Source: Eledone cirrhosa
Lineage: Eukaryota
Length of the DNA stretch: 64,000 nt
Direction of reading: 5' to 3'
NCBI GenBank assembly: GCA_964016885.1
Contig: OZ024756.1
Coordinates: 13,020,001-13,084,000 of the forward strand
The position numbers and the translations under genes were made by a program. The notes under the pieces were generated by a model, which searched no databases, was not told the origin of the DNA, and saw only the letters and a program-made list of their open reading frames with translations. Shown piece after piece: positions 1 through 12,300 of the stretch; position 1 is the first letter of the stretch; the number at the start of each line of letters is the position of its first letter.

Positions 1-70
1 ACTAATTAGAGAAAGGGTCAAATTAGATGAGATGCAGTTTGGTTTTGTGCCTGGTAAAAGTACAACAGGG
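1..70 (+). mobile_element. RTE-like LINE reverse transcriptase fragment (cut by window edge)
   Basis: Translates as LIRERVKLDEMQFGFVPGKSTT, the QFGF motif of non-LTR RT; matches the MQFGFMPGKST fragment near 49800. Confidence 0.7.
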
Positions 71-75
71 TTTTA

Positions 76-915
76 TTTGGACAAATAAGTGAACGGTGGA
101 CAAATAAGTGAACAGTGAACAAATAAGTGGACAAATAAGTGAACAGTGGACAAATAAGTGAGCAATAGACAAATAAGTGAACAGTGGACAAATAAGAGGC
201 CAGTGGCAAATAAGTTGACAGTGGACAAATAAGTGAGCAATAGACAAATAAGTGAACAGTGGACAAATAAGTTGACAGTGGACAAATAAGCGGACAGTGG
301 ACAAATAAGTGAACAGTGGACAAATAAGTTGACAGTGGACAAATAAGCGGACAGTGGGCAAATAAGTGAACAGTGGACAAATAAGTGAGCAATAGACAAA
401 TAAGTGAACAGTGGACAAATAAGTGAACAGTGGGCAAATAAGAGGCCAGTGGCAAATAAGTGAACAGTGGGCAAATAAGTGAACAGTGGACAAATAAGTT
501 GACAGTGGACAAATAAGTTGACAGTGGACAAATAAGTTGACAGTGGACAAATAAGCGGACAGTGGACAAATAAGTGAACAGTGGACAAATAAGTTGACAG
601 TGGACAAATAAGTGAGCAATAGACAAATAAGTGAACAGTGGACAAATAAGAGGCCAGTGGCAAATAAGTGAACAGTGGGCAAATAAGAGGCCAGTAGCAA
701 ATAAGTGAACAGTGGGCAAATAAGTCAACAGTGGACAAATAAGTTGACAGTGGATAAATAAGTTAATGGTCAACAAATAAGTGAACAGTGGACAAATAAG
801 TGAACAGTGGGCAAATAATTTGACAGTGGACACTTATTTCTCCACTGTTCACTTATTTGTTCACTGTCCACTTATTTCTCCACTGTCCACTTATTTGTTA
901 ACTGTTCACTTATCA
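76..915. repeat. ~19-20 bp minisatellite (GAACAGTGGACAAATAAGT), last ~85 bp inverted
   Basis: Tandem units visible 76-830; reverse-complement units (CACTTATTTGTTCACTGTC) 831-915. Confidence 0.92.
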
Positions 916-942
916 GCCTTTCTACTCATTGTTATGTTTCAG

Positions 943-1112
943 ATAGAAAACCAGTCGAAAATCGAAAGAGAGAAACACAAACAACTTCTAATCAACACAT
1001 CCAATATGAGTCTTGTGGCAAACCCTGAGGCATTCAACTGTCCAGTATGTTTTGACGACATTCCTCCTAACAATGGAATCATTCTTCAGGGTTGTCTTCA
1101 TATGTTCTGCAA
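943..1112 (+). CDS. RBCK1: HOIL-1/RBCK1-like RBR E3 ligase exon (start of RING1)
   Basis: tttcAG acceptor at 941-942, GTAAGT donor at 1113; IENQSKIEREKHKQLL...FNCPVCFDDIPPNNGIILQGCLHMFC; phase 2 matches next exon. Confidence 0.9.
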
Positions 1113-1253
1113 GTAAGTAATCAGACATATCATTATTGTACATGGATCTCATGTGATGTCCAGAATTTCACTCATTCTATCAATGGAACTGACCACAGCC
1201 ATTCATTCTATTCTTCTATTCTATGTGTGTATGTATATATGTAAGTAAGTTAT

Positions 1254-1650
1254 GGTGCATGGCTCAGTGGTTAGAGCTTTGGGCTTGCAATCGAAAGGTT
1301 GTGAGTTCAATTCTTGGACCGGGTGATATGTTGTTTCCTTGAGCAAGACACTTTATTTCACATTGCTCCAGTTTACTCAGCTGTAGAAATGAAATGATAG
1401 GGACTGGGGTCCCTATCATTTCACTGCAAAGTGGTCGTGGAGGCGCCACGGCAAAAAAGCACCCAGCACTCACTGTAAATGAGGTTGGTGTTAGGAAGGG
1501 CATCCAGCTGTAGAAACCAAGCCAGAATCAGTTCCCGTATGAGCAAGACAAGGTCAGCCGACCTAACATTGCCCACAACAGGACAACCTGTCTAACCCAT
1601 GCTAGCGTGGAAGAACGGACGTAAAACAGTGATGATGATGATGATGATGA
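1254..1650 (+). mobile_element. tRNA-derived SINE with CORE-like middle and RTE-LINE-derived 3' tail ending in (GAT)n
   Basis: A box TGGCTCAGTGG, B box GTTCAATTC, CCTTGAGCAAGACACTT core, tail TTAGGAAGGGCATCCAG...AACCCATGC...(GAT)n shared with the LINE at 61540-62805. Confidence 0.8.
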
Positions 1651-1834
1651 GGAAGTATGTATGAACCTGTAACTCCTGGTGGAGTTGTGGTGGCACCATA
1701 GTGACATACATCATTTCATGGGCCTGTTTTAAACCCAGTGAAGCCCATCTCCTCTCCAGGTCTGATTATTTCCTCCAATGAAAGTAAGAAAGTGATAGAA
1801 TGGAAGTATGAAAGAGATATAGAGGAAGAAACAA

Positions 1835-1995
1835 CCCCAGTACTAGACTGGTACTTTTTTATCGACCTTGAAAAGATGAAAGGCAAAGTTGACCTCTGCA
1901 GGATTTGAACTCAGAATGCAGAGAGCTGGAATGAATACTGCAAAGCATTCTATTTGATGTTCTATTGACTCTGCCAATTCTGCCAATTCACCGCT
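1835..1995 (-). mobile_element. Nin-domain-like SINE fragment
   Basis: Minus strand reads GAGTTCAAATCC...ACTTTGCCTTTCATCTTTTCAAGGTCGATAAAAAAGTACCAG; several related copies in window. Confidence 0.7.
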
Positions 1996-2239
1996 TACTC
2001 ATTGTATTATAGAATATAAATGGTTGAGTATATCTAAACAGATCCTACTTGCATAAGACGGCCATATTGAAAGCTCTGGCAGTGGTCTGAGGACTTATTA
2101 TCCCTTTCTACTGTATTACTGGTACAACAGGCCCAAATAATAGAACAAAGGGAAAATTCAACCTTACTGAATATGGATCCAGCATTGGAAGAACAACTGA
2201 AAGAGGGACAGAATGCTATAAGGATCTGTGGCTGAGGAG

Positions 2240-2676
2240 GCCTCTTATTTCTCCACTATGGAACAGGACCAACCTCCTCTTATTTCTCCTCCATGGAACA
2301 GAACCAACCTCCTCTTATTTCTCCACCATGGAACAGAACCAACCTCCTCTTATTTCTCCACTATGGAACAGGACCAACCTCCTCTTATTTCTCCTCCATG
2401 GAACAGAACCAACCTCCTCTTATTTCTCCACCATGGAACAGAACCAACCTCCTCTTATTTCTCCTCCATGGAACAGAACCAACCTCCTCTTATTTCTCCA
2501 CCATGGAACAGGACCAACCTCCTCTTATTTCTCCTCCATGGAACAGAACCAACCTCCTCTTATTTCTCCACCATGGAACAGAACCAACCTCCTCTTATTT
2601 CTCCTCCATGGAACAGGACCAACCTCCTCTTATTTCTCCACCATGGAACAGAACCAACCTCCTCTTATTTCTCCAC
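2240..2676. repeat. 35-bp minisatellite, ~12 copies
   Basis: Unit CCTCCTCTTATTTCTCCACCATGGAACAGAACCAA. Confidence 0.95.
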
Positions 2677-2740
2677 ATTAGGATGGGATGTAGCCTACTT
2701 TATCTTTATATTCCACAGACACGTGTGTCTTTAATGTAAT

Positions 2741-2910
2741 AATTGTTTCTACTTTAGGCTTAAATCAATCCCAGTGCATTACTGGTACTTTATTTTATCG
2801 AACCTGTAAGGATGAAAGGCAAAACTAACCTTGGCAGGATTTTAAATCAGAACGTAATGGGCTGTAATTCTATGCCATGAAGAATTTTGTCCGATGCTCT
2901 AATAATCGGT
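2741..2910 (-). mobile_element. Nin-domain-like SINE fragment
   Basis: CTGGTACTTTATTTTATCGA...GGATGAAAGGCAAA on + strand, same family as 18555-18730. Confidence 0.65.
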
Positions 2911-3058
2911 CAAATATTAACTGAGTGAACACTCAATACATTTAAGTAGAACAAATCTTTTATTTTACAAGGGAAAGGTTGACAGAGACTTCAAAGTTCC
3001 ACTTGTGGTACTTAAGGTAAATGTTCTATTACATTACATCTACATTGTATTCTTACAG

Positions 3059-3170
3059 GCAGTGTCTGAATGATGCAGTTTACCATAATGACTCTGGAGA
3101 TGCCAGATGTCTTTTCCAGAATGAACAATATAAATGTGATGCAAAGATTCCAGAACGTGTTATCAAATCT
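3059..3170 (+). CDS. RBCK1: HOIL-1/RBCK1-like exon (end of RING1)
   Basis: ttacAG acceptor, GTGAGT donor at 3171; (K)QCLNDAVYHNDSGDARCLFQNEQYKCDAKIPERVIKS completes the RING1 ligands; too short for the ORF track. Confidence 0.9.
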
Positions 3171-3171
3171 G

Positions 3172-3590
3172 TGAGTAATTTATAGTTTTATCATAACTTT
3201 GTGTAATTTATAGTTGTATCATAACTTTGAGTAATTTATAGCTGTGTCATAACTTTGAGTAATTTATAGTTGTATCATAACTTTGAGTAATTTATAGTTG
3301 TATCATAACTTTGAGTAATTTATAGCTGTCATAACTTTGAGTAATTTATAGTTGTATCATAACTTTGAGTAATTTATAGCTGTGTCATAACTTTGAGTAA
3401 TTTATAGTTGTATCATAACTTGGAGTAATTTATAGTTGTATCATAACTTTGAGTAATTTATAGCTGTGTCATAACTTTGAGTAATTTATAGTTGTATCAT
3501 AACTTGGAGTAATTTATAGCTGTGTCATAACTTTGAGTAATTTATAGCTGTCATAACTTTGAATAATTTATAATTGTATCATAACTTTGA
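3172..3590. repeat. ~28-bp minisatellite starting at the splice donor
   Basis: Unit GAGTAATTTATAGTTGTATCATAACTTT, ~15 copies. Confidence 0.93.
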
Positions 3591-3720
3591 GGTTTTGACT
3601 GTGACTAATCTACAGTTTTTAGATTTTTCACTGTGCCTTTGAGTTAACACTTTTCTGACATTAGCTGTGATCATACTGCAAAGTCATATATTATTTTTGT
3701 TTTGTTTTTGTGTTTTTCAG

Positions 3721-3999
3721 TTAGTTTCTGAAGATGTCTATAAACGTTACTTATATATTGGAATTCAACGAGCAGAGTCTTCCATCAACAATAGTTATCA
3801 CTGTAAAACTCCAAACTGTAGAGGTTGGTGTATATATGAAGATGATGTGAACTTCTTCCGATGTCCTGTATGTTTTCACACCAATTGTTTGACATGTAAA
3901 TCAATTCATGAAGGCAAAAACTGCAAAGAGTTCCAGGATGATTTAAATAGAGCATCGCGACAAAATGCTAATGCTGAACGAACTAAATCATATTTAACA
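3721..3999 (+). CDS. RBCK1: HOIL-1/RBCK1-like exon (IBR domain)
   Basis: tttttcAG acceptor, GTAAGT donor at 4000; [42 protein letters not shown] closely resembles the HOIL-1 IBR. Confidence 0.95.
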
Positions 4000-4039
4000 G
4001 TAAGTAGCTGATGATTACCAGCTAAATATAATTGGTAAA

Positions 4040-4375
4040 AATAACTGGTGGTCCTAGAGAAAATTTTGGTGGTCCACATAAAAATTTGGACATTATTTGC
4101 AATTTTTATATTTTATTAATAATAAAACAAAAATAATATTCGGTTAAAATATATTTCATAACCCCCCCCCCCCCTCCCCCCAAAATGTTTCTCTTCAGTA
4201 AAGAACTGACATCCTTAAAAGAATTTTACACATATGTATCATCTATTGACAATATGAAACATGTACGCTTCAGTATTGTTTCGACCATTGGTCATTAATT
4301 CAAATTAGTGGTCAACAGGATTTAGAATTGTGAATTTAGTGGTCCATGAGGTCCAAAATGTTGGTGACCGTTGGA
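4040..4375. mobile_element. Degraded hAT-like MITE remnant
   Basis: Repeated GTGGTCC subterminal motifs and an end resembling TTGGTGACCxxTG; no TSD seen. Confidence 0.35.
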
Positions 4376-4404
4376 CTTGATAGATGATTTACTGCAAGGG
4401 ATCC

Positions 4405-5840
4405 AGTCAGTCAGTGTTAACAAACACTAGTACTAGGACTAAATATAGTCAATGTTAACAGACACTAGTACTAGGACTAAATATAGTCAATGTTAACAGA
4501 CACTAGTACTAGGACTAAATATAGTCAATGTTAACAGACACTAGTACTAGGACTAAATACTGTCAGTCAATGTTAACAGACACTAGTACTAGGACTAAAT
4601 ACTGTCAGTCAATGTTAACAGACACTAGTACTAGGACTAAATACAGTCAATGCTAACAGACACTAGTACTAGGACTAAATACTGTCAGTCAATGTTAACA
4701 GACACTGGTAATAGGACTAAATATAGTCAATGTTAACAGACACTAGTACTAGGACTAAATACTGTCAATGTTAACAGACACTAGTACTAGGACTAAATAC
4801 TGTCAGTCAATGTTAACAGACACTAGTACTAGGACTAAATACTGTCAGTCAATGTTAACAGACACTAGTACTAGGACTAAATACTGTCAGTCAATGTTAA
4901 CAGACACTAGTACTAGGACTAAATACAGTCAATGCTAACAGACACTAGTACTAGGACTAAATACTGTCAGTCAATGTTAACAGACACTGGTAATAGGACT
5001 AAATATAGTCAATGTTAACAGACACTAGTACTAGGACTAAATACAGTCAATGTTAACAGACACTAGTACTAGGACTAAATACTGTCAATGTTAACAGACA
5101 CTAGTACTAGGACTAAATACTGTCAGTCAATGTTAACAGACACTAGTACTAGGACTAAATACAGTCAATGTTAACAGACACTAGTACTAGGACTAAATAC
5201 TGTCAATGTTAACAGACACTAGTACTAGGACTAAATACTGTCAGTCAATGTTAACAGACACTAGTACTAGGACTAAATACTGTCAGTCAATGTTAACAGA
5301 CACTGGTAATAGGACTAAATATAGTCAATGTTAACAGACACTAGTACTAGGACTAAATACTGTCAATGTTAACAGACACTAGTACTAGGACTAAATACTG
5401 TCAGTCAATGTTAACAGACACTAGTACTAGGACTAAATACTGTCAGTCAATGTTAACAGACACTAGTACTAGGACTAAATACAGTCAATGCTAACAGACA
5501 CTAGTACTAGGACTAAATACTGTCAGTCAATGTTAACAGACACTGGTAATAGGACTAAATATAGTCAATGTTAACAGACACTAGTACTAGGACTAAATAC
5601 TGTCAATGTTAACAGACACTAGTACTAGGACTAAATACTGTCAGTCAATGTTAACAGACACTAGTACTAGGACTAAATACAGTCAATGCTAACAGACACT
5701 AGTACTAGGACTAAATACTGTCAGTCAATGTTAACAGACACTGGTAATAGGACTAAATATAGTCAATGTTAACAGACACTAGTACTAGGACTAAATACAG
5801 TCAATGTTAACATATACTAGTACTAGGTAGGTCTAAATAC
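4405..5840. repeat. 38/42-bp minisatellite with palindromic core
   Basis: Unit GTCAATGTTAACAGACACTAGTACTAGGACTAAATA(TA/CA/CTGTCA), ~35 copies. Confidence 0.95.
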
Positions 5841-6068
5841 AGAGAGAAAGAGAGTGTGTGTGTGAAAGATAGATAGATTAATAGAGAGAATTCTCACCCC
5901 ACTAATGCAGAAATTTAAAGTGCATGTCTGTGAACACATGTGGAACAAACGTGTGTGTGTGTGTGTGTTTCTGTATGCCCTCAAGAAAACCAGGCTAGTA
6001 AATTGTTAAAACAAAGCTTGATCTTTTTCCATTTGTTAAGCTTCATATTAAAAGCAGAGACTTAAACC

Positions 6069-6278
6069 TTAACCCTTTATTTACTATTGTATTTTCATGG
6101 TAAAGGCATTTTCTTATATAATTACCTCACATAATAATGAATCTATGAGATTTTGATATTATTTATTTCGAGAACAATGCCTTAATGTTGGTATGAGTGA
6201 CCAGTTACAGCCAGTTTGAAGGAAAAAAGGTTAGAGAATTCTGGCCGATTACCGCCAGTTTAAATGCTAAAGGATTAA
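6069..6278 (-). mobile_element. piggyBac-type non-autonomous MITE (~200 bp)
   Basis: TTAA-CCCTTTA...TAAATGCTAAAGGA-TTAA; body matches the copy at 34624-34824. Confidence 0.8.
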
Positions 6279-6340
6279 ACTTGAGCCATTCTGTCACCTG
6301 TATAATTAAATACACCAGTTAAAGGTGGCATACTTGTTTA

Positions 6341-9300
6341 TCTATATATATAAAACAGAGGATGTGTGTGTGGATGCTACATTATTCGAGGTTGGCGTCT
6401 ACACCGCTCGCCCGATCTCGCTCAAATTTGCATACATCACTCCTCATGACCCTTTACATTGCTTAGGCTACTTTGCTTTTTGATAGGTCCCCCCAGGGGC
6501 CCGCAATCCACCTTTTTGTCTATTTTGGGTGAAATCGGGAGATGAGGTTGCATTTTATGCACGCGTGAAAAATTTTTCCTTTTGAGTTTTTTGACCCGGT
6601 TTTTTGCTAATATTGGTAGAAAAGAGTCTAAATTTTGTTGACGTGCTCGAATCATTTCGAAATTCGGTCGAGAGTGAAGCTCGAGGTCGAATCTCCACTT
6701 CGTATATAGAGAGACATGAATAACAGGTCTTATAGTAACATTACCTTCCCCTTCCCCCTTCTTTAGAGAGAGAGAGAGGAAGATAGAGAGAGAAGTTTTG
6801 GGTGTCACAGAAATATTACATTCCCCTCTCCACTTTGGTCAGTGAGCGAACCACTGTTGCTATAGTAACATTACCTTCCCCCTCCCCCTTCTTTATTGAG
6901 CGAGGAATATAGAGAGAGACGTTGTTGGTGTTACAGTAACATTACCTTCCCCTCTCCACTTACTTTGGTCTTTGAGACCGAGAGAACCACTGTTGCTATA
7001 GTTACAGCTTCACGTGACACAAATCAGTTCCTGCCAGTTCTGACCACCTGGCACCAGTTGAGTCAGTTTTTGCTTTCTTTCGGTCGAGAAGTGGACAAAT
7101 TTTCGCCTTGAATCAAAAAAAAAATTTCCTGGATGGCTGGAGGTGGCAGCTTTTATTCTGTTTTGGCAAGACTGCTATCAAAAAATTCTGCAGACTCTTA
7201 TCGTTGATTTGAGTGGCCTGCAAAGCTTTGGTTTTCAAACGCTACACTTGCTACTTGGTTAGGCTACTGTGTAGACGTGCGCTTCACTCTCACTGCATTA
7301 CATTTTGTGACCTCGCTTTCGGACTTTGCCATTCCCAGTACGTTTTTTGTTTACTTTTTTCTTGCTTAAAATTGTAACAATTTGTCACTTTTTTTTACCT
7401 TCCCCAAAATACTGCTTATCACCTTCGCTTTTTTGCCTTTGCTCTAAACCTGCTTCCCCTTTACTGTTTACTGTACTATTGCAACCATGCCACTGAAAAG
7501 AAAGAGTACCCTTAGCCATAGGAAAACATCGTCTGTTGTTTAAAAAAAAAGGCGATTGAATGAGCAGTCTACGGATGCCGGACTGCATTTTTGGCCACAA
7601 ACCCCTGTTACTTCGCTTTCAAACTTAAGTACCCCTAGCACAGCCCAACCCAGCGCCTCTCTATCTACGGTTACCGCTTCGAATCGTGCCATTCGTAATT
7701 GTCGGAATGCAGTTGCAACAGCCGCCTCTAGGGCAGCAGAGAGTGACAGTCAAAGAGCTCTTCGTAGGGCTAGGAATGCTGCAACTACTGCTGCTGCAAG
7801 GGCCTCCGAAACTAAACAGCAAACAGCCACCAGATGGTCAAAGAACGCTGCTTCAACCGCCGCCTCCCGTGCCGCAGAAACTGACCAGGAGACAGCCATC
7901 CGAAGGTCCAAGGACTCCGCCTCCAAGGCAGCTGCCAGAGCATCCCAGACCGAGATACAGACAGCCATCCGAAGGTCCCAGAACGCTGTATCCACCGCCG
8001 CCTCCCGTGCCGCAGAACATCAAACAGCTCGCCGTGCTCGGTTGGACACAAACAACGCACGAAGAGACACCGCCAGAGGAACGACGAGTCCACATGAGTC
8101 ATTTTGGCTTATGAATGCTTTCAACTACGATCCAACAGTAAAATACTCCGACCGTACGGACATTCAACTAGGCAGGATGGATGTCATATGCCAATTCTGT
8201 GGTGCAGAGAAGTGGCCCGGAGAACCACCTGGCCTGTGCTGCTCTATTGGGAAGGTTTCACTTCCTCCTTTGGCTGCCCCTCCAGAACCTTTGCGAGAAC
8301 TTCTTAGCGGAGAGACCTCTACGTCAACAGACTTCCTTGGCAACATAAGGAAATACAACTGCGCCTTCCAGATGACTTCGTTCGGGGCCAAAATTGTCCG
8401 AGAAAGCGGGTGGATGCTTTAAGGTTCAGGGCCAGGTTTACCACTATGCCGGTCCTCTACAGCCTGCGCCATCAGCGCAACCCACCTTCCTGCAAATTTA
8501 CTTCATAGCTGACTACAACAAGCAGGCTGACATGCGCTCATCTGTCATCCCAGCTGATGGCACTAGAGAGAACCTGGACAGAGACATCCTCCTTGCGCTG
8601 CAGCAAATGCTACACTCCGAAAACAGCTACGTGCAGAGCTTCAAGTACGCCTTGGAGACTACTGGCCTGCCTAACTACAACATTGTCATCGATGCTGACA
8701 AAAGACCATCCGGAGAACACGCCCGTCGATTCAATGCGCCCGCGTGCAACGAGGTGGCAGTCGTCCTTCACGGAGACCAGCACAACCCCCGAGATATCGT
8801 CATATCCAACCGTGCAACTGGCCTCCACAGAATACGCGAAACACACCGATCCTACGACAGCCTCCAATACCCTCTACTTTTCCCCCGTGGCGAGGACGAC
8901 TACCACTTCAAGACTCCACACTGCCAGCCAAACCAGCCCTCCGTTGCTGCTGCCAAAACCGTGTCCTGCAAGGAATTTTACACATACCGACTCATGCCTC
9001 GGAGAAACTGTTTCAACAGTTTGCACAGATCGCAGGACCTACTGAACCAATTTTCGGTGGATATGGCAGCAAAGATGGAGACAGAACGACTGGCCTTCAT
9101 TCGAACCCACCAGCAGCAACTGCGTAGCGAAAGCTACATACACCTGCGAGACGGCTTGACCAACGACGGGGATCCCCGAAACATTGGCAAGGTCTGCATC
9201 CTGCCTTCTACCTTCACTGGAGGACCTCGGTACATGCACAAGAGGACTCAGGACGCCATGACCTACGTGCGGGCCTTCACGTGCAACCCGAAGGCGGATG

Positions 9301-12300
9301 AGATCACCCGAGAACTCCTTCCAGGGCAGTCATACCACCACCGCCTTGACCTCATAGCGAGGGCTTTCGAGAGGAACATACAGAAAATGAAGGCATGTTG
9401 TGCAAAAGCCAACATCTTCGGCCCTGCTAGATGCCATACGTACACCGTAGAATGGCAGAAACGGGGCCTGCCTCACATTCATCTGTTACTGTGGCTGCAG
9501 AACAAGATCAACTCCAACGACATCGACAAATTTATCTGCGCAGAGATCCCCAACCCTGCCACCGACAAAGAACTCTTCGACGTCGTCACGACTTCCATGA
9601 TACACGGACCCTGTTATCCAGGTTGTAACCATTCGTGTCAGAAAGATGGGATCTGTAGTAAGAGGTACCCTAGGAAATTTGTTTCAGAGACCCAGACAGG
9701 GCACGACGGCTATCCCCTGTACAGGCGCCGGTCGCCTGAAGACGGTGGTTTTACTGCCATTGTAAGGGGCAAGCAAGTCGACAATCGATGGGTGGTCCCC
9801 TATTGTCCACTTCTCACTCCGACGTTCCAAGCCCACATTAATGTGGAATTCTGTAGCACAGTTAAATCGATTAAATATGTTTGCAAGTACGTCAACAAGG
9901 GCTGCGATTCCGCCGCATTCGCCCTCCAGTCCGACCGGGACGAGGTCAGTGAGTACCTATCGGCCCGGTACATAAGTACAAACGAAGCGTTTTGGCGAAT
10001 TTTTGGTTTTTCTATCCATGAAAGGTACCCCAAAATCACAAACCTGGTGGTCCACTTAGAGAACGGACAGCGGGTTTACTTTACGGCCGCAAATGCTGCT
10101 CAAGTTGCGGCTAACCCCAAAGAAACCACGTTAACCGCTTTCTTTAAGCTCTGTCACGTAGACGCTTTTGCGAGAACTCTAATTTACCCTCAGGTGCCGT
10201 CCTACTTCACTTGGTGTCGCAATAGCTGGGTACAGCGAAAAACTGGTAAGGCAGTTGAATCGCATCCGAGAGTTAAATTTTCTGACTCGGTAGAGTCTAC
10301 ACGGTTCCCCCAACCCAACCTGAGTGCTTTCACCTGCGCATTCTCCTGCACGGGGTCAAGGGGCCGCAAGGTTTTTTTGACTTAAAAACAGTAAACGGGG
10401 AACTTTGCAGCACTTTTCGAGAAGCCTGCTTTAGGCTTGGTCTCTTGGAAGATGACTCCCAATGGGACTCGACCCTCGCCGATGGTGCTCTGCTGAAATC
10501 CCCACAGAAATTAAGGGAACTGTTTGCCTTTTTGCTGCACAATTGTGGCTTAGCTAACCCTTCAGCCCTTTGGCTGAAATACAGGGACGATTTGTGTGAG
10601 GACTTCCTCCGCACAGCCAAACGGCAAAATCCGTCTTTAGAAGTGGAGTTCATCAAAATCATTTACAACCAAGGGTTAATTTCCATCCAAGAAGAGCTCC
10701 TTCAACTAGGGGGGAATGACTTGCCAACATACGGCTTGCCAGCCGCCAGCAGGGAATATGTTAGTGTTCTGGGTCTAGATATTCTGTTGGAGACATCTTA
10801 CGATGTCGCCATGTTGACAACTTTCCTAGATGAAAATGAACGTAAGCTTCTTGCCGAGCAAAGGGTTGCTTATGAGACTGTCGTTGACAGTGCACTGAGT
10901 GGATTAGGTTGTGTCTTCTTTCTTGATGCCTCTGGCGGTACAGGCAAAACCTTCGTTACCTCCCTCATTTTGGCACGTCTTCGACAACAAAAAAAGATTG
11001 CCCTTGCGGTCGCCTCATCGGGGATTGCCGCTACCTTGCTGCCTGGAGGGAAGATGGCTCATGTTGCCTTTAAGCTTCCGTTGGACCTCGCACGAACTGA
11101 TACGCCGACGTGCAACATTAGGAAGCACTTCGACAAAGCGGCACTTCTCGCAAAATGTTGCCTCATTATGTGGGACGAATGCACCATGGCACATAAGGGT
11201 GCTCTGGAGGCATTAGATAGGAGTTTAAAAGATATCAGGAACTCCTTGGCACCCTTGGGTGGTGTGACTTTACTGCTTTCGGGTGACTTCAGGCAAACGC
11301 TGCCTGTTATCCCCAAAGGGACAAGGGCTGATGAAGTCCGCACATGCCTGAAGTCGTTGACGCTCTGGCCTATCGTTTGGACACTCCGCCTGAGCGTTAA
11401 CATGCGGGCGCAGTTGCTCGGGGACAGCATGTCTGCTGAATTCGGCCAGGCCATCCTAGCTATAGGGGAAGGCCGACTTCCTTCCAACGAAAAGGGTGAG
11501 GTGTCGCTGGCATCTGTCAGTAATACAGTTGACAGTCCTCAGGCCCTTTTAGAAGCTGTTTTTCCAAACCTACAGGTTAACTACACTAACTTAGATTGGC
11601 TTAGTTCAAGAGCCATCCTAGCCCCCCAAAACTCTGCTGTTAATGCTCTCAACGAAGAGCTACTCGGCAAGATTCCAGCCCAAGAGAAAATTTTAAAGTC
11701 TATAGACCGCGTCACTGATCCACAGGAGGCGACGGATTACCCAGTAGAGTTTTTGAATAGCCTTGACCCCCCAGGTCTCCCACCCCCCATTCTGAAGCTC
11801 AAGGTTGGCAGTCCGATTATGCTTATGCGTAACATGCGCCCCCCAAAACAGTGCAACGGCACTCGAATGGTAGTCAAATCAATGACGAACCATCTCATTG
11901 AAGCAACCATTTTAACTGGTTGTGGTAAAGGTGAGACCGTCATGATCCCAAGGCTAAGCATCCAACCTTCGACCACGGACATCCCGATAGGTTTTAGGCA
12001 ACATCAGTTTCCCGTAAGGCCCTGCTTCGCGATCACCATAAACAAATCTCAGGGTCAAACTTTGTCTGTGGCGGGCATTCATCTAAAAGAGCCCTGCTTT
12101 GCTCATGGCCAACTTTATGTTGCTTGCTCGCGAGTTGGGAGTAAGGACTTCCTTTTTTCATACACACCCAACGGTATGACCCGCAACATAGTCTACAAAG
12201 AGGTCCTGTAAAGTGCATTACCACTGAGATGATTTAACACAAAGAGAGTTTATATATATACAAACACATACACACACTCACATACAGATATATATATATA

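Noticed and set aside
18-833. Cys/His-rich ORFs resembling zinc fingers
   Set aside because: Translations of the 20-bp minisatellite in all three minus frames
1254-1330. tRNA gene
   Set aside because: A and B boxes run into a SINE core and LINE tail; no complete cloverleaf
2228-2739. Repetitive ORFs (MEQNQPPLISPPW)
   Set aside because: 35-bp repeat inside an RBCK1 intron; the flanking exons join in phase without it
7686-12224. Alternative-frame and antisense ORFs inside the Helitron
   Set aside because: Shadow ORFs of a GC-richer coding region with no recognisable motifs
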